From Geopsychrobacteraceae bacterium (lineage in GTDB: Bacteria; Desulfobacterota; Desulfuromonadia; Desulfuromonadales; Geopsychrobacteraceae): DNA of 64,000 nucleotides. Within the stretch, counting starts at the first letter, position 1, and each line of letters begins with the position of its first letter. The DNA is taken from positions 1,216,001 to 1,280,000 of the forward strand of contig CAXXTB010000001.1 of NCBI GenBank assembly GCA_963676795.2, read 5' to 3'. Shown here in pieces: positions 9,206 to 19,032 of the stretch. Position numbers and translations under genes: made by a program. The notes beneath the pieces are model-generated. The model worked only from the letters and a program-made list of their open reading frames with translations, did no database searches and had not been told where the DNA came from.

Positions 9206-10420
9206 ATGAAGATTTCACGAAAAGCTATCAGTGTGAGCAGCGTCTTCATCATCTGCGTGGTCCTGGTTTATGCGTTCTGGCCACGGCCGGTGATGGTTGA
9301 TACCGGTCTGGTCGAACGGCGTCCCATGGTCGTGGCCATCAGTGAAGAAGGACGAACCCGGGTCAGCGAGCTCTATGTCGTGTCGACACCGGTCTCCGGT
9401 TGTCTGCTCAGAACCGCCGTTAAGGTCGGGGATCGGGTGATTGCCGGTGAGACGCTGCTCGGCCGCCTGCTGCCGTCGGTCGTGGTACCGCTCGATGAAC
9501 GGGACCAGGCCCAGGCCCTGGCCGCCGTTGACGCCGCGCAAGCCGGCCTGCGTCAGGCTCTGGCCGGGCGCGAACGGGCCCGGGCCGACCGTGACCTGGC
9601 CGAACGTCAGCTGGCGCGTATGCGGGAATTGGTCAAGTCGGCATCGGTCAGCAAGACCGATCTTGATTACGCCGTACGCGAAGCGCAGACGGCGGCCGCG
9701 GCGCTGCAGGATGCTGCTGCAGCGATCGATCGGCAACGCGCTGAAGTTGCCCGCCTCCGTGCTCTGGTGAAAAACTACCGCGGCGAGTCCGCAGAGTCAG
9801 CGGTCGATCAGCCGTCAACCCCGATCCTGGCGCCGGTCAGCGGCCGTGTTTTACGCCTTCTGGAAAAGAGCGAGGCCTTGGTGGCAGGCGGCACGCCGTT
9901 GATGGAAATCGGCGATATCGATAAGGACCTTGAGGTTGTTGTCGAACTGCTCTCCGCCGACGCGGTCAGGGTGGCGGTGGGACAGCAGGTCGAGATCTTC
10001 GATTGGGGCGGAGCTGAGCTGTTGCATGGGACGGTCAGCCAGGTTGAGCCGGCCGGTTTTACCAAGCAGTCCGCCCTCGGTGTCGAGGAGCAGCGGGTCA
10101 AGGTCGTTGTCCGCTTTTCCGCCGACTCCGCAACAACGCCAGGGCTGGGCCACGGTTTCCGGGTCGAGACCCGGATTATTGTCTGGGAGGATCGGAACGC
10201 CCTGGCCGTTCCGGCCAGCGCCCTGTTCCGAACCTCCCGGGGCTGGGCGGTCTTTGTCGTTTCCGCCCACAGGACAAGCCTGCGTCAGGTTGAAATCGGT
10301 CGCAATAACGGAACAGACGCTCAGGTTCTGGGTGGACTGGCTGAGGGAGAACGGGTCGTGCTTTATCCTGCCGCCGGTTTGAGTGCCGGAACCCGGGTCA
10401 GGGAGCGGTCCGGTCGCTAG
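9206..10420 (+). CDS. Efflux periplasmic adaptor (HlyD/membrane fusion protein)
   Basis: N-terminal TM, coiled-coil hairpin, APVSGRVL, SALGVEEQRV, VLGGLAEGERV. Confidence 0.92.
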   Translation: MKISRKAISVSSVFIICVVLVYAFWPRPVMVDTGLVERRPMVVAISEEGRTRVSELYVVSTPVSGCLLRTAVKVGDRVIAGETLLGRLLPSVVVPLDERDQAQALAAVDAAQAGLRQALAGRERARADRDLAERQLARMRELVKSASVSKTDLDYAVREAQTAAAALQDAAAAIDRQRAEVARLRALVKNYRGESAESAVDQPSTPILAPVSGRVLRLLEKSEALVAGGTPLMEIGDIDKDLEVVVELLSADAVRVAVGQQVEIFDWGGAELLHGTVSQVEPAGFTKQSALGVEEQRVKVVVRFSADSATTPGLGHGFRVETRIIVWEDRNALAVPASALFRTSRGWAVFVVSAHRTSLRQVEIGRNNGTDAQVLGGLAEGERVVLYPAAGLSAGTRVRERSGR

Positions 10421-10648
10421 GAGCCTGTCGGGAAAGCCCACAGCTTTGGGATGCGGAGCCGCGTGTATTTTAAATCTTGAATTGTCGCGACCTGTCGCAG
10501 CGCAGAAAACTTGCTAAACTGTAGAGAGTGTCCGGCCTCATATCAAATCTGGACCAGTGTGAAGCGATCCCGGTGAAACTAAACGCTGACATTTTTTGCA
10601 GCTGATTGTATTCTTGCCTTCTGGAATCTGTTTGTCAGCGAACGGAGT

Positions 10649-12802
10649 ATGGATATCATGAGAAACTCAGAGAGTAGAGCTGTCGCCGACGCGAACGCCT
10701 TGAAGGTCTGTATCCTCTGGCATATGCATCAGCCCGACTACCGGGACCCGATCAGCGGGCAGACTCTGCTTCCCTGGACCTGGCTGCACGGGCTCAAAGA
10801 TTATACCGAGATGCTCGAAACGATCGCCGAGACGGGCGCCAGAGTCACGGTCAACCTGGTTCCTTCGCTGATCGAGCAGCTCGAGCGCTACGCCAACGGC
10901 AGTGATCGCGACAGCTGGCTCGACCTGGTGACCCGTTATCCCGAGTCGTTCAGCCAGGCCGAGCGGCGCTTTCTGGTCGAACATTTCTTTTCCGTCAATA
11001 TCGAAACCCAAGTCTACGCCAACCGCCGCTATCACCAGCTTTTTCAGCAGCGCGGCAACCTGAACGATCAGGATATCGAGCGCTATAGCGATCAGGACCT
11101 GCTCGACCTGCAGGTCTGGTTCCTGCTGGCCTGGACCGGTTCTCATCTGCGCCGCAAGAATCCGCTGGTCCAGGATCTGATCCGCCAGCAGCAGTCGTTC
11201 AGTCAGGTCCAGAAGCTGCAGCTGCTCGAGTTCTGTCATGCCGAGATCGCCCGGGTCCTCGATTTCCATCGCCGACTGGAAGAGGAGGGGCTGATCGAGA
11301 TCTCGGTCACGCCCTATGCGCACCCGATCCTGCCGCTGCTCTGCGATCTGCGTACCGCCAACGAGCCGAGCCCTGCGCTGCCGATCCCTGCGGTGAACTT
11401 CCGCTTTCCGCAGGATGCGCGGCTCCAGGTTCGCGAGGGGTTGAATACGGGTAAAAGGGTTTTCGGCGACCGGCCGCGCGGCATGTGGCCGGCAGAAGGG
11501 GCGGTCTCGGAAGCCGCGGCCCGCCTGCTCCATGAAGAGGGAGCCCAGTGGGCGGCGACCGATGAGGATATCCTGGCGCGCAGTCTCGACGGCGGTCTCA
11601 GTCCGCGCACCAAGCTCTACCAGGTTTATGAGTTCGAAGGCTTGCCGATGCTCTTCCGCGATCGGGAGATTTCCGACCGGATCGGCTTTCTCTACGCCGG
11701 CTGGAAGACCGAGGACGCACTCAAGGACCTGCATCAGCGCCTGAACTCTATCGCGCTGCAGTCTCCCGGCGGAACCGTCGCCATTATCCTCGATGGTGAA
11801 AACTGCTGGGAGCGTTATGCCGACAACGGTTATCCCTTTCTGCGTGACCTCTACCAGCGCATCAACAACGACCCGAAACTGGAGATGACGACCATCAGCG
11901 ATGCCCTGTCACGCAGTACGCCGGTCTCCTTGAAGCGGCTGGCCTCCGGCTCCTGGATCCGTTCCGACTTTACCACCTGGATCGGCCATCCTGAAGAAAA
12001 TCTGGCCTGGGAACTGCTCCATCAGGCGCGGACCGAATCGATCGATACCGAAGTCGATATTGCCCTTGAGAATCCCCAGGCCCCGCTCACTGACCTGGTC
12101 CGTGAGCTGCTGCGCGCTGAAGGGAGCGACTGGTTCTGGTGGTACGGTGATGAACATGTTACGGCCCAGGCCGATATCTTCGACCGGCTGTTCCGTCTGC
12201 ATCTGGAGGGGCTGTATCACACCAAGGGGCTTCCCGTCCCGGCGCGCCTGACCCAGTCGATCAAGCCGGTGAAGAAGCAGACGGCCGGTTTTGAACCGAC
12301 GGCCTGCTTTACCCCGCATATCGACGGTGACATCGGTGATTATTTCGAATGGCTGGCGGCGGGGCGGATCGACCTGGGGGCCGGAGGCTCGATGTATTCC
12401 AGTCGCGATACACTGGATGCCCTGCACTACGGCTATGATAGCTATAATCTCTACCTGCGTTTCGACCAGGCCCATTTGCTGGAACATCTGTGCGGGCGCC
12501 GCGGGCTGTTTGAAATCCGTATTTCTTCCAAAGAGATGCACCAGGTCCAGTTTTCCTTTGCCGATCAGTCGCTCAAGGTGATGCATCAGGGCGAAAAGAT
12601 CGCGACCGGTATGGCTGCCTGCGGAGAGGTGCTGGAGCTGGCCGTTCCGCTTGCTGCCCTGGAACTCAAGTCGAGTGAGGCGGTCAATATCAGTTGTCAT
12701 GCCCTGACTGGCGGTCGGGAGAATGGTCGCTGGCCGAGCGAGGGGAATGCCAGCCTGCGCTATCGCGGTGATGCGCTTGACGAAGAAAACTGGTCGGTCT
12801 GA
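10649..12802 (+). CDS. Glycoside hydrolase family 57 (amylopullulanase-like)
   Basis: WHMHQP, PYAHPILPL, GMWPAEGAVS (nucleophile Glu), ILDGENCWE (acid/base Asp), AEGSDWFWW. Confidence 0.95.
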   Translation: MDIMRNSESRAVADANALKVCILWHMHQPDYRDPISGQTLLPWTWLHGLKDYTEMLETIAETGARVTVNLVPSLIEQLERYANGSDRDSWLDLVTRYPESFSQAERRFLVEHFFSVNIETQVYANRRYHQLFQQRGNLNDQDIERYSDQDLLDLQVWFLLAWTGSHLRRKNPLVQDLIRQQQSFSQVQKLQLLEFCHAEIARVLDFHRRLEEEGLIEISVTPYAHPILPLLCDLRTANEPSPALPIPAVNFRFPQDARLQVREGLNTGKRVFGDRPRGMWPAEGAVSEAAARLLHEEGAQWAATDEDILARSLDGGLSPRTKLYQVYEFEGLPMLFRDREISDRIGFLYAGWKTEDALKDLHQRLNSIALQSPGGTVAIILDGENCWERYADNGYPFLRDLYQRINNDPKLEMTTISDALSRSTPVSLKRLASGSWIRSDFTTWIGHPEENLAWELLHQARTESIDTEVDIALENPQAPLTDLVRELLRAEGSDWFWWYGDEHVTAQADIFDRLFRLHLEGLYHTKGLPVPARLTQSIKPVKKQTAGFEPTACFTPHIDGDIGDYFEWLAAGRIDLGAGGSMYSSRDTLDALHYGYDSYNLYLRFDQAHLLEHLCGRRGLFEIRISSKEMHQVQFSFADQSLKVMHQGEKIATGMAACGEVLELAVPLAALELKSSEAVNISCHALTGGRENGRWPSEGNASLRYRGDALDEENWSV

Positions 12803-12876
12803 TATGTTGGAGCCGACTGAACCTGTGAACCGGATATCTCGTTATTCCGAAGCAAGGAAGGAAAGGACGCAAGCCT

Positions 12877-13914
12877 GTGTCTGAGTTGCGCTGGGACCCA
12901 CTAAAAGACGAATGGATCATACTGACACAGGGGCACAGTCGGAGGCCGCAGGATTTTACCCTGCGTCAGCCCGAAGAGAGTGACAGGGAGTGCCCCCTGT
13001 GCAGCGGGCGGGAGAACCTGACCTCTCCCGAACTCTATGCCTGGCGGCCGGGGGGGAGTGCGCCCAACCAGCCGGGCTGGAAGGTCCGGGTTATTCCCAA
13101 CCGTTCACCGGTGCTGCACGTTGAGGGGGAACTCGACAATCGGGCCGAAGGTCTCTACGACCTGATGAACGGGATCGGTGCCCATGAGGTTATTGTCGAA
13201 GCCCCGGAGCATCATGTTCAGATGGCCGACCTGAGCGTGGCCCATCTGACCGAAGTGCTCAAGGCCTACCGCTCGCGCATGCTTGACCTGCGCAACGATT
13301 TTCGTTTGCGTTACCTCTATGTTTTCAAGAACTTCGGCCGCGAGGCTTCGGCGAAACTCTGTCACTCCCATTCGCAGCTGATCGCGGTGCCGATGTTGCC
13401 GCCGTTGATCAAGAAAGAGCTCGACAATTGCCGGGACCACTACCATCGCAAGGAGCGCTGCCTGATCTGCGATCTGTTGCGTCAGGAACGCAAGGCCAAG
13501 GACCGGGTGATTATCGATGACGGCAAGTTTCTCGCCTACGCTCCCTATGCCTCGCGCTTTCCCTTTGAGACGCTGATCGCACCGCTGACCCATATGCACG
13601 ATTTCTGTCAACTCAGCGATCCGCAGTTGCAGCAGTTGGCCAGCGTGTTAAGATCTACCCTGTTGCGCATGCGCCAGGTGCTGCGCGATCCGGCCTATTC
13701 GTTCAGTCTACACAGCGCACCGCCGAGACATCGTCAGGGCGGGCAGTGTGCCGATTCGTCCGATCTGGCGGACTATTATCACTGGCATATTGAAATTCAT
13801 CCGAAACTGACTCAAAAAGCCGGCTTTGAATGGGGATCCGGGTTTCACATCAATCCGACCGCTCCGGAAGAGGCAGCGACCTACATGCGTAAGGTTAGCG
13901 TACGCGAGGATTGA
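12877..13914 (+). CDS. galT: Galactose-1-phosphate uridylyltransferase family (GalT-like HIT nucleotidyltransferase)
   Basis: ELRWDPL, CPLC, VRVIPN, GIGAHEVIVE, HSHSQ catalytic motif, YHWHIEI.P, AGFEWGSG; GTG start. Confidence 0.9.
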   Translation: MSELRWDPLKDEWIILTQGHSRRPQDFTLRQPEESDRECPLCSGRENLTSPELYAWRPGGSAPNQPGWKVRVIPNRSPVLHVEGELDNRAEGLYDLMNGIGAHEVIVEAPEHHVQMADLSVAHLTEVLKAYRSRMLDLRNDFRLRYLYVFKNFGREASAKLCHSHSQLIAVPMLPPLIKKELDNCRDHYHRKERCLICDLLRQERKAKDRVIIDDGKFLAYAPYASRFPFETLIAPLTHMHDFCQLSDPQLQQLASVLRSTLLRMRQVLRDPAYSFSLHSAPPRHRQGGQCADSSDLADYYHWHIEIHPKLTQKAGFEWGSGFHINPTAPEEAATYMRKVSVRED

Positions 13915-13916
13915 TA

Positions 13917-16900
13917 ATGACCGAAATCATATTTCCTGAAGGCTGTTACCCTTTGGGAATCCAATGTGGACGACACTCCTGGGACAGCACCCATCTGACC
14001 TCTCAGTTTGCCCGTGATCCGCGCCCGGAAAAGACCTGGTTCCGCCATCTGCTGGCCGATTACCTGCGCCAGTTTTCACCCGACGCACTGACTGCTGCCG
14101 AACTCGAGCTGTGGGGCACCCTCAACCTGGTGCTCAAACAGATCGCCAGGGTTTTTCTGGAGCGCCGCGACAGCCGTTTTCTGGAGCGAAATCAGCTGGA
14201 GATCGCCGGAAAAAAACTCGATCTGGCGCCTTTTGAACAGGCCTTTCCCGCTTATATTCAGGGCTTTCCGGCTGTTCCGGTCGAACTGAAGAGCTGTGCC
14301 GGTGAAGAGCTGCAGCGGCTGATCAGCAAACGCCGGCAGCTCAGGGAGGTTCTGCTCGAACTGCTGTTGCTCTACATCCAGAAGGATAACCCGGCGCTGC
14401 AGACGGCGACGGCGTTGTTTGCTGCCGAGGAAGAGCAGCTCGACCGGCTGACCGGTTATCGTAAGTCTTTGCAGGAGCTCGATCTGGCGATTCCCGAGTT
14501 TGATGACGGTTTTGCCGGACAGCCGAACCGGTTGCTTCAGCGGTTGCTGGTGCCAATGCGTCGGGCCGGAACCCTCTATGAACAACTGCAGCTGCTGCGT
14601 AATATCTGGGGAACGATCCTGCCGGAGGAGCTGCTGACGCGGATCTCCACAGCGCTCATCCAGTATGAGCGGGAAGGGGTCATCCCCGGTTTTCCCGGCG
14701 AGCCACAGCTCGAAGCCCTCGACCCTGCGGCCTTTCAGGACGAGGAGCCGGTCAACTTTACTTTGGACACCGACTGGATGCCGCGCACGGTCCTGTTGGC
14801 CAAGTCGACCTATGTCTGGCTGGAACAGCTGTCGCTCAAGTACCGGCGGGAGGTGCGCACCCTCGACCAGATTCCCGACGTGGAACTGGATGAACTGGCG
14901 GCCAGCGGCTTCACCAGCCTGTGGCTGATCGGCATCTGGAAACGCTCCAGAGCATCGCTGAAGATCAAGAATCTCTGCGGCCAGCTTCAGGTTGCCGCGT
15001 CGGCCTACGCGATCGACGATTACCGCGTCGCCGCTGAGCTTGGCGGCGAAGAGGCCCTGGCTCATCTGCGCCGCCGCTGTCTGGTGCGTGGCATCGATCT
15101 GGCCTGCGATGTCGTCACCAATCATACCGGTATCGAATCGGCCTGGATGCATGAGCATCCGGACTGGTTCATCCAGTTGTCGCATCCGCCCTATCCCGGT
15201 TACCGCTTCAGCGGACCGGACTTGAGTGCTGATGCCAGCTACTCCATCCAGATCGAGGATGGCTACTACGATCACAGCGAAGCTGCCGTCGTCTGCCGTT
15301 ATCAGAATCGCTTCAGCGGAGAGGAGCGCTTCATCTATCACGGCAACGACGGCACCCATCTCCCCTGGAACGACACGGCCCAGCTCAATTACCTGCTGCC
15401 ACAGGTGCGCGAGGCGATGATCCAGCTGATCATCCGGGTTGCCAAAGATTTCCGCATTATCCGCTTCGATGCCGCCATGACCCTGGCCAAGCGCCATTTT
15501 CAGCGGCTCTGGTACCCGTTGCCCGGCGGCGGCGCGGGGGTACCGTCGCGTGAAGACCACGCCTTGAGCCACGAAGAGTTCAACCGCCTCTTTCCTGAAG
15601 AATTCTGGCGTGAGCTGGTCGACCGCATCCGCTCCGAGGCGCCGGATACCCTGCTGGTGGCGGAAGCCTTCTGGCTGATGGAAGGCTATTTCGTCCGCAC
15701 CCTGGGGATGCACCGGGTCTACAACAGCGCTTTCATGAACATGCTCAAGCATGAGGACAATGCCAAGTATCGCCAGACCCTGAAGAATATCCTTGCCTTC
15801 GATCCGGCGATCCTCCAGCGCTTTGTCAACTTCATGAGCAACCCGGACGAAAAGCCGGCGATCGAGCAGTTCGGTGACGGTGACAAGTATTTCTGTGTTG
15901 CGACCCTGCTGGCGACCATGCCTGGGCTGCCGATGTTCGGCCACGGGCAGATCGAGGGGTTCACCGAAAAATACGGCATGGAGTACCTGGCGCCGCGCTG
16001 GGACGAGCAGCCGAATTATGAGCTGATCGCGCGCCATCGCCGTCAGCTCTTTCCGTTGCTCAGGCGTCGTGCTCTGTTCAGCGGCTCCGAAGCTTTTCAG
16101 CTCTATGACTTTGTCTCGACCTATGGTGTCGAGGATGACGTCTATGCCTACAGCAACCAGCTCGGTGACGAACGGGTCCTGGTCCTGTGCAATAATTCTC
16201 CCAAGTCGATCTCCGGGCGGGTCGCCTCTCCTGTCGCCATGGAAGGGCGGGCTGGCCTCAGCGTTCAACAGGCCTGCTCGATCAACTGCTCGGGTGATTT
16301 CGTCCTGCTCCGTGACCGGGTCAGTGGCCTGCAGCAGCTGCAGCCGTCCCGGGCGCTCGGCGAAGGGGGTGCCTTTGACCTGGGGCCTTATGATCACCGG
16401 GTCCTGAGCGATTTCCAAACCCTCTACGATGGCGATGGCCGCTGGCAGACCCTCTGGCAACGCTTCGGCAACCAGGGGCGCCAGAACCTGTTCATTGAAC
16501 GGGATGCTCTGCTCATTGAAGATCTGTGGCAGCCCTGCTGGGCCCTGCTGGAGACGGTGTCGGAGTCCGAGGCTGAAGTTGAGGTCCAGATCAGCCATCT
16601 GCTGAGGCGTTATGATGAGGTCTTCTTCGATCCGGAATGGTTGCTCCAGGTTCTGATCTATTCAGGATTCGGCGTCGAACTCAAGGCCGCGGAGCGGCTT
16701 GAGTTGATGCATCTGTTTGAAAGCTGTCTGCCGCTCAGCGATGCCAGCCGTTACCGTCTGCTGGAACGGCTCTTCTCCTTCCGTTTTGTCCGCCGCTTGC
16801 TGAAATGCAATTACTACGATTACACCGACTGGTTCGGTTACGAAGAATTTCGCCTGCTCGTACAGGTTCTGCTCCAGCTGCAGCTGGCCCTGCTGAGCCG

Positions 16901-18527
16901 TAAGGTCGTACCGGGCAATGGCAAGGTCCATGCCGTGCTAAATAGCCTGGCTCTGCTGCAGCCGTTGGCTGAACTGGCCCGCAGCTGTGCATGCAAGACC
17001 GATGACCTGCTCAAGGCTCTCGATTGCGTCAAGATTACCGAGCAGCCGATTCCATCCACTTCTGATGGGCTCAAGATCCTGTTTGTCGCCTCCGAAGCGA
17101 CCCCGTTCGCCAAGACCGGCGGGCTTGCCGATGTGGTCGGTTCGTTGCCACGGGCACTGCGCCAGCTGGGGCACGACGTTCACGTTGTCATCCCCTGTTA
17201 TCGCAGCGCCGAACGGCAGAATATCCCGCTGGCCCGGGTTCCTCAAAGCGTTGAAGTCCGCCTGCAGGGGACACCGTATCGCGCCGGGCTGAAATATTCG
17301 GTGTTTGACGGGGTGCCTTACTGGCTGATCGATACGCCGGAGTTTTTCGACCGGGATGCACCCTACGGCGATGCCGAGGGGGACTATCCCGACAACGGCC
17401 TGCGCTTTGGTTTCTTCTCCAAGGCGGTACTCGAGCTGGCCAAGCTGCAGAAGTTCCGCCCGGATGTCATCCACCTGCACGACTGGCAGAGCAGCCTGAT
17501 CCCCGGATTGCTGAAGACGAGCTACCGTAACCAGGAATTTTTCCGCCATTGCGGGACACTGCTGACCATTCACAACCTCGGTTATCAGGGGATGTTCCCC
17601 ATGGCGCTGCTCGATCAGCTCGAGCTGCCGGGCGAGATGGGCAGTTCCGATGGGTTGGAATATTTCGGTCGCCTCTCGGCGCTCAAAGGGGGAATCTGCT
17701 ATGCCGACCGGATCAGCACGGTGTCGCCGACCTACTGTGAGGAGATCCAGCGTTCTGAATACGGCCATGGTTTCGACGGTCTGCTGCGCGACCGCCACCA
17801 GCTGCTGCACGGTATCATCAACGGTCTCGACGGCCGGATCTGGAACCCGCAGCAGGATGCTGCTCTGAAGCATCATTTCAGCGCCGGGGACCTAAGTGGT
17901 AAGGTGCGCTGCAAGGAAGCGCTGCAGCGCGAGCTGGGCCTCAAGATCGATGCCGATGTTCCGCTGGTCGCCGTAGTCAGCCGGCTTGACCAGCAGAAGG
18001 GGATGGACCTGATTCAGACCATCTGGCCGCATCTTTTGCAGCGCAACCTGCAGTTTGTGCTGCTCGGTTCGGGACATCGCCAGATGATGCAGTTCTGGCA
18101 GGAGCAGCAGGGTCGGCACAACGGCCAGGTGGCGATCCGCCTGACCTTCAACGAAGCCCTGTCGCATCGGGTTTTTGCCGCCAGCGATATTCTGCTTGTG
18201 CCGAGCCGCTACGAACCCTGCGGTCTGACCCAGATGATCGCCCTGCAGTACGGCGCACTGCCGGTGGCCCGCCATACCGGCGGTCTGGCCGATACGGTCA
18301 TTGATGTCAATTCCGGTGAGCCGAACAGCAACGGCTTTGTCTTCAACGATTCCGACCCCTGGCAGCTGCTGGCCACCATCGATCGGGCACTGAGTTATTA
18401 TCTCGACCGCGAGCGCTGGAACCGTCTGGTCAAAAAGGCAATGCTGCAGGATTTCAGCTGGACCTATTCGGCCAGCCTTTATCAGGAACTCTATCAGGCG
18501 ATTATCGCAGAAAAACTTAAGGAATAG
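13917..18527 (+). CDS. glgA: Fusion protein: GH13 alpha-amylase-like domain plus GT5 glycogen synthase
   Basis: One ORF; GH13 motifs DVVTNH, IRFDAAM, AEAFW, FMSNPDE (~14770-16400); GlgA motifs KILFVASE.TPFAKTGGLADV, IHLHDWQ, TIHNLGYQG, PSRYEPCGLTQM, TGGLADTV from ~17070. Confidence 0.9.
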   Translation: MTEIIFPEGCYPLGIQCGRHSWDSTHLTSQFARDPRPEKTWFRHLLADYLRQFSPDALTAAELELWGTLNLVLKQIARVFLERRDSRFLERNQLEIAGKKLDLAPFEQAFPAYIQGFPAVPVELKSCAGEELQRLISKRRQLREVLLELLLLYIQKDNPALQTATALFAAEEEQLDRLTGYRKSLQELDLAIPEFDDGFAGQPNRLLQRLLVPMRRAGTLYEQLQLLRNIWGTILPEELLTRISTALIQYEREGVIPGFPGEPQLEALDPAAFQDEEPVNFTLDTDWMPRTVLLAKSTYVWLEQLSLKYRREVRTLDQIPDVELDELAASGFTSLWLIGIWKRSRASLKIKNLCGQLQVAASAYAIDDYRVAAELGGEEALAHLRRRCLVRGIDLACDVVTNHTGIESAWMHEHPDWFIQLSHPPYPGYRFSGPDLSADASYSIQIEDGYYDHSEAAVVCRYQNRFSGEERFIYHGNDGTHLPWNDTAQLNYLLPQVREAMIQLIIRVAKDFRIIRFDAAMTLAKRHFQRLWYPLPGGGAGVPSREDHALSHEEFNRLFPEEFWRELVDRIRSEAPDTLLVAEAFWLMEGYFVRTLGMHRVYNSAFMNMLKHEDNAKYRQTLKNILAFDPAILQRFVNFMSNPDEKPAIEQFGDGDKYFCVATLLATMPGLPMFGHGQIEGFTEKYGMEYLAPRWDEQPNYELIARHRRQLFPLLRRRALFSGSEAFQLYDFVSTYGVEDDVYAYSNQLGDERVLVLCNNSPKSISGRVASPVAMEGRAGLSVQQACSINCSGDFVLLRDRVSGLQQLQPSRALGEGGAFDLGPYDHRVLSDFQTLYDGDGRWQTLWQRFGNQGRQNLFIERDALLIEDLWQPCWALLETVSESEAEVEVQISHLLRRYDEVFFDPEWLLQVLIYSGFGVELKAAERLELMHLFESCLPLSDASRYRLLERLFSFRFVRRLLKCNYYDYTDWFGYEEFRLLVQVLLQLQLALLSRKVVPGNGKVHAVLNSLALLQPLAELARSCACKTDDLLKALDCVKITEQPIPSTSDGLKILFVASEATPFAKTGGLADVVGSLPRALRQLGHDVHVVIPCYRSAERQNIPLARVPQSVEVRLQGTPYRAGLKYSVFDGVPYWLIDTPEFFDRDAPYGDAEGDYPDNGLRFGFFSKAVLELAKLQKFRPDVIHLHDWQSSLIPGLLKTSYRNQEFFRHCGTLLTIHNLGYQGMFPMALLDQLELPGEMGSSDGLEYFGRLSALKGGICYADRISTVSPTYCEEIQRSEYGHGFDGLLRDRHQLLHGIINGLDGRIWNPQQDAALKHHFSAGDLSGKVRCKEALQRELGLKIDADVPLVAVVSRLDQQKGMDLIQTIWPHLLQRNLQFVLLGSGHRQMMQFWQEQQGRHNGQVAIRLTFNEALSHRVFAASDILLVPSRYEPCGLTQMIALQYGALPVARHTGGLADTVIDVNSGEPNSNGFVFNDSDPWQLLATIDRALSYYLDRERWNRLVKKAMLQDFSWTYSASLYQELYQAIIAEKLKE

Positions 18528-18576
18528 CTGTTTTCATGGATTGCTGACAAAGTTTGTTTCTGCTTTTATCATCATT

Positions 18577-18983
18577 CGGTTCTGCCCGTCAGATGAGCGC
18601 AGCTCATCGTTGGGCGCCTTCCGTTTGGCTGGTATGAGTGGAGTGGGAAAAAAGAACGATTCACGTCAGTATTTAAAAAGTTTTTTTGCCTACTTTTTCA
18701 ACGCTGGAAAAAGTAGGTCGCCTGCCGGTGCGAGAACCGGCAGTTCCGTCTGTTAAATTCAGACTCAGACAAGATCAAAATCAAAAACACGGGGTCTCGG
18801 CCCCGTACGCCGCCTGACTTTTTGGCCGGAGCCCCAAAAAAGTCAGCAAAAATGGCTTTTTAATATGTCGTTCTCTGGCCTTCATCTCTTCGTAGGTTCA
18901 TGCTAGCAACTGACAACACGCCCCACGATGAGCGCGGCTCATCTAATGGGCAGAACCGGAAAAACTCCGCGATGCGGAGTTTT
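18577..18983. repeat. Inverted doublet of the same ~185-bp multi-hairpin unit, locus 2, with ~40-bp imperfect terminal inverted repeats
   Basis: CGGTTCTGCCC..GATGAGC-GCA-GCTCATC at 18577 mirrored by GATGAGC-GCG-GCTCATC..GGGCAGAACCG ending at 18958; homologous to 1618-2000. Confidence 0.85.
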
Positions 18984-19032
18984 GATGAAAGCCGTTGAAA
19001 CAACCCGGACCTGCTTGTTGATAGATGTTTGC

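Noticed and set aside
10418..10465. GGAAAGCCCACAG..GGGATGC resembling part of a GEMM-I (c-di-GMP/cGAMP) riboswitch; TAGGAGCCTGTCGG resembling an IS/MITE end
   Set aside because: The P2 stem with its GNRA loop and the tetraloop receptor are missing; I found no partner inverted repeat or transposase
14076..16598. 840-aa minus-strand ORF and many other long antisense ORFs (e.g. 3501-4667, 6522-7856, 28232-29530)
   Set aside because: They lie opposite well-supported genes, have no recognisable motifs, and are expected shadows of GC-rich codon usage
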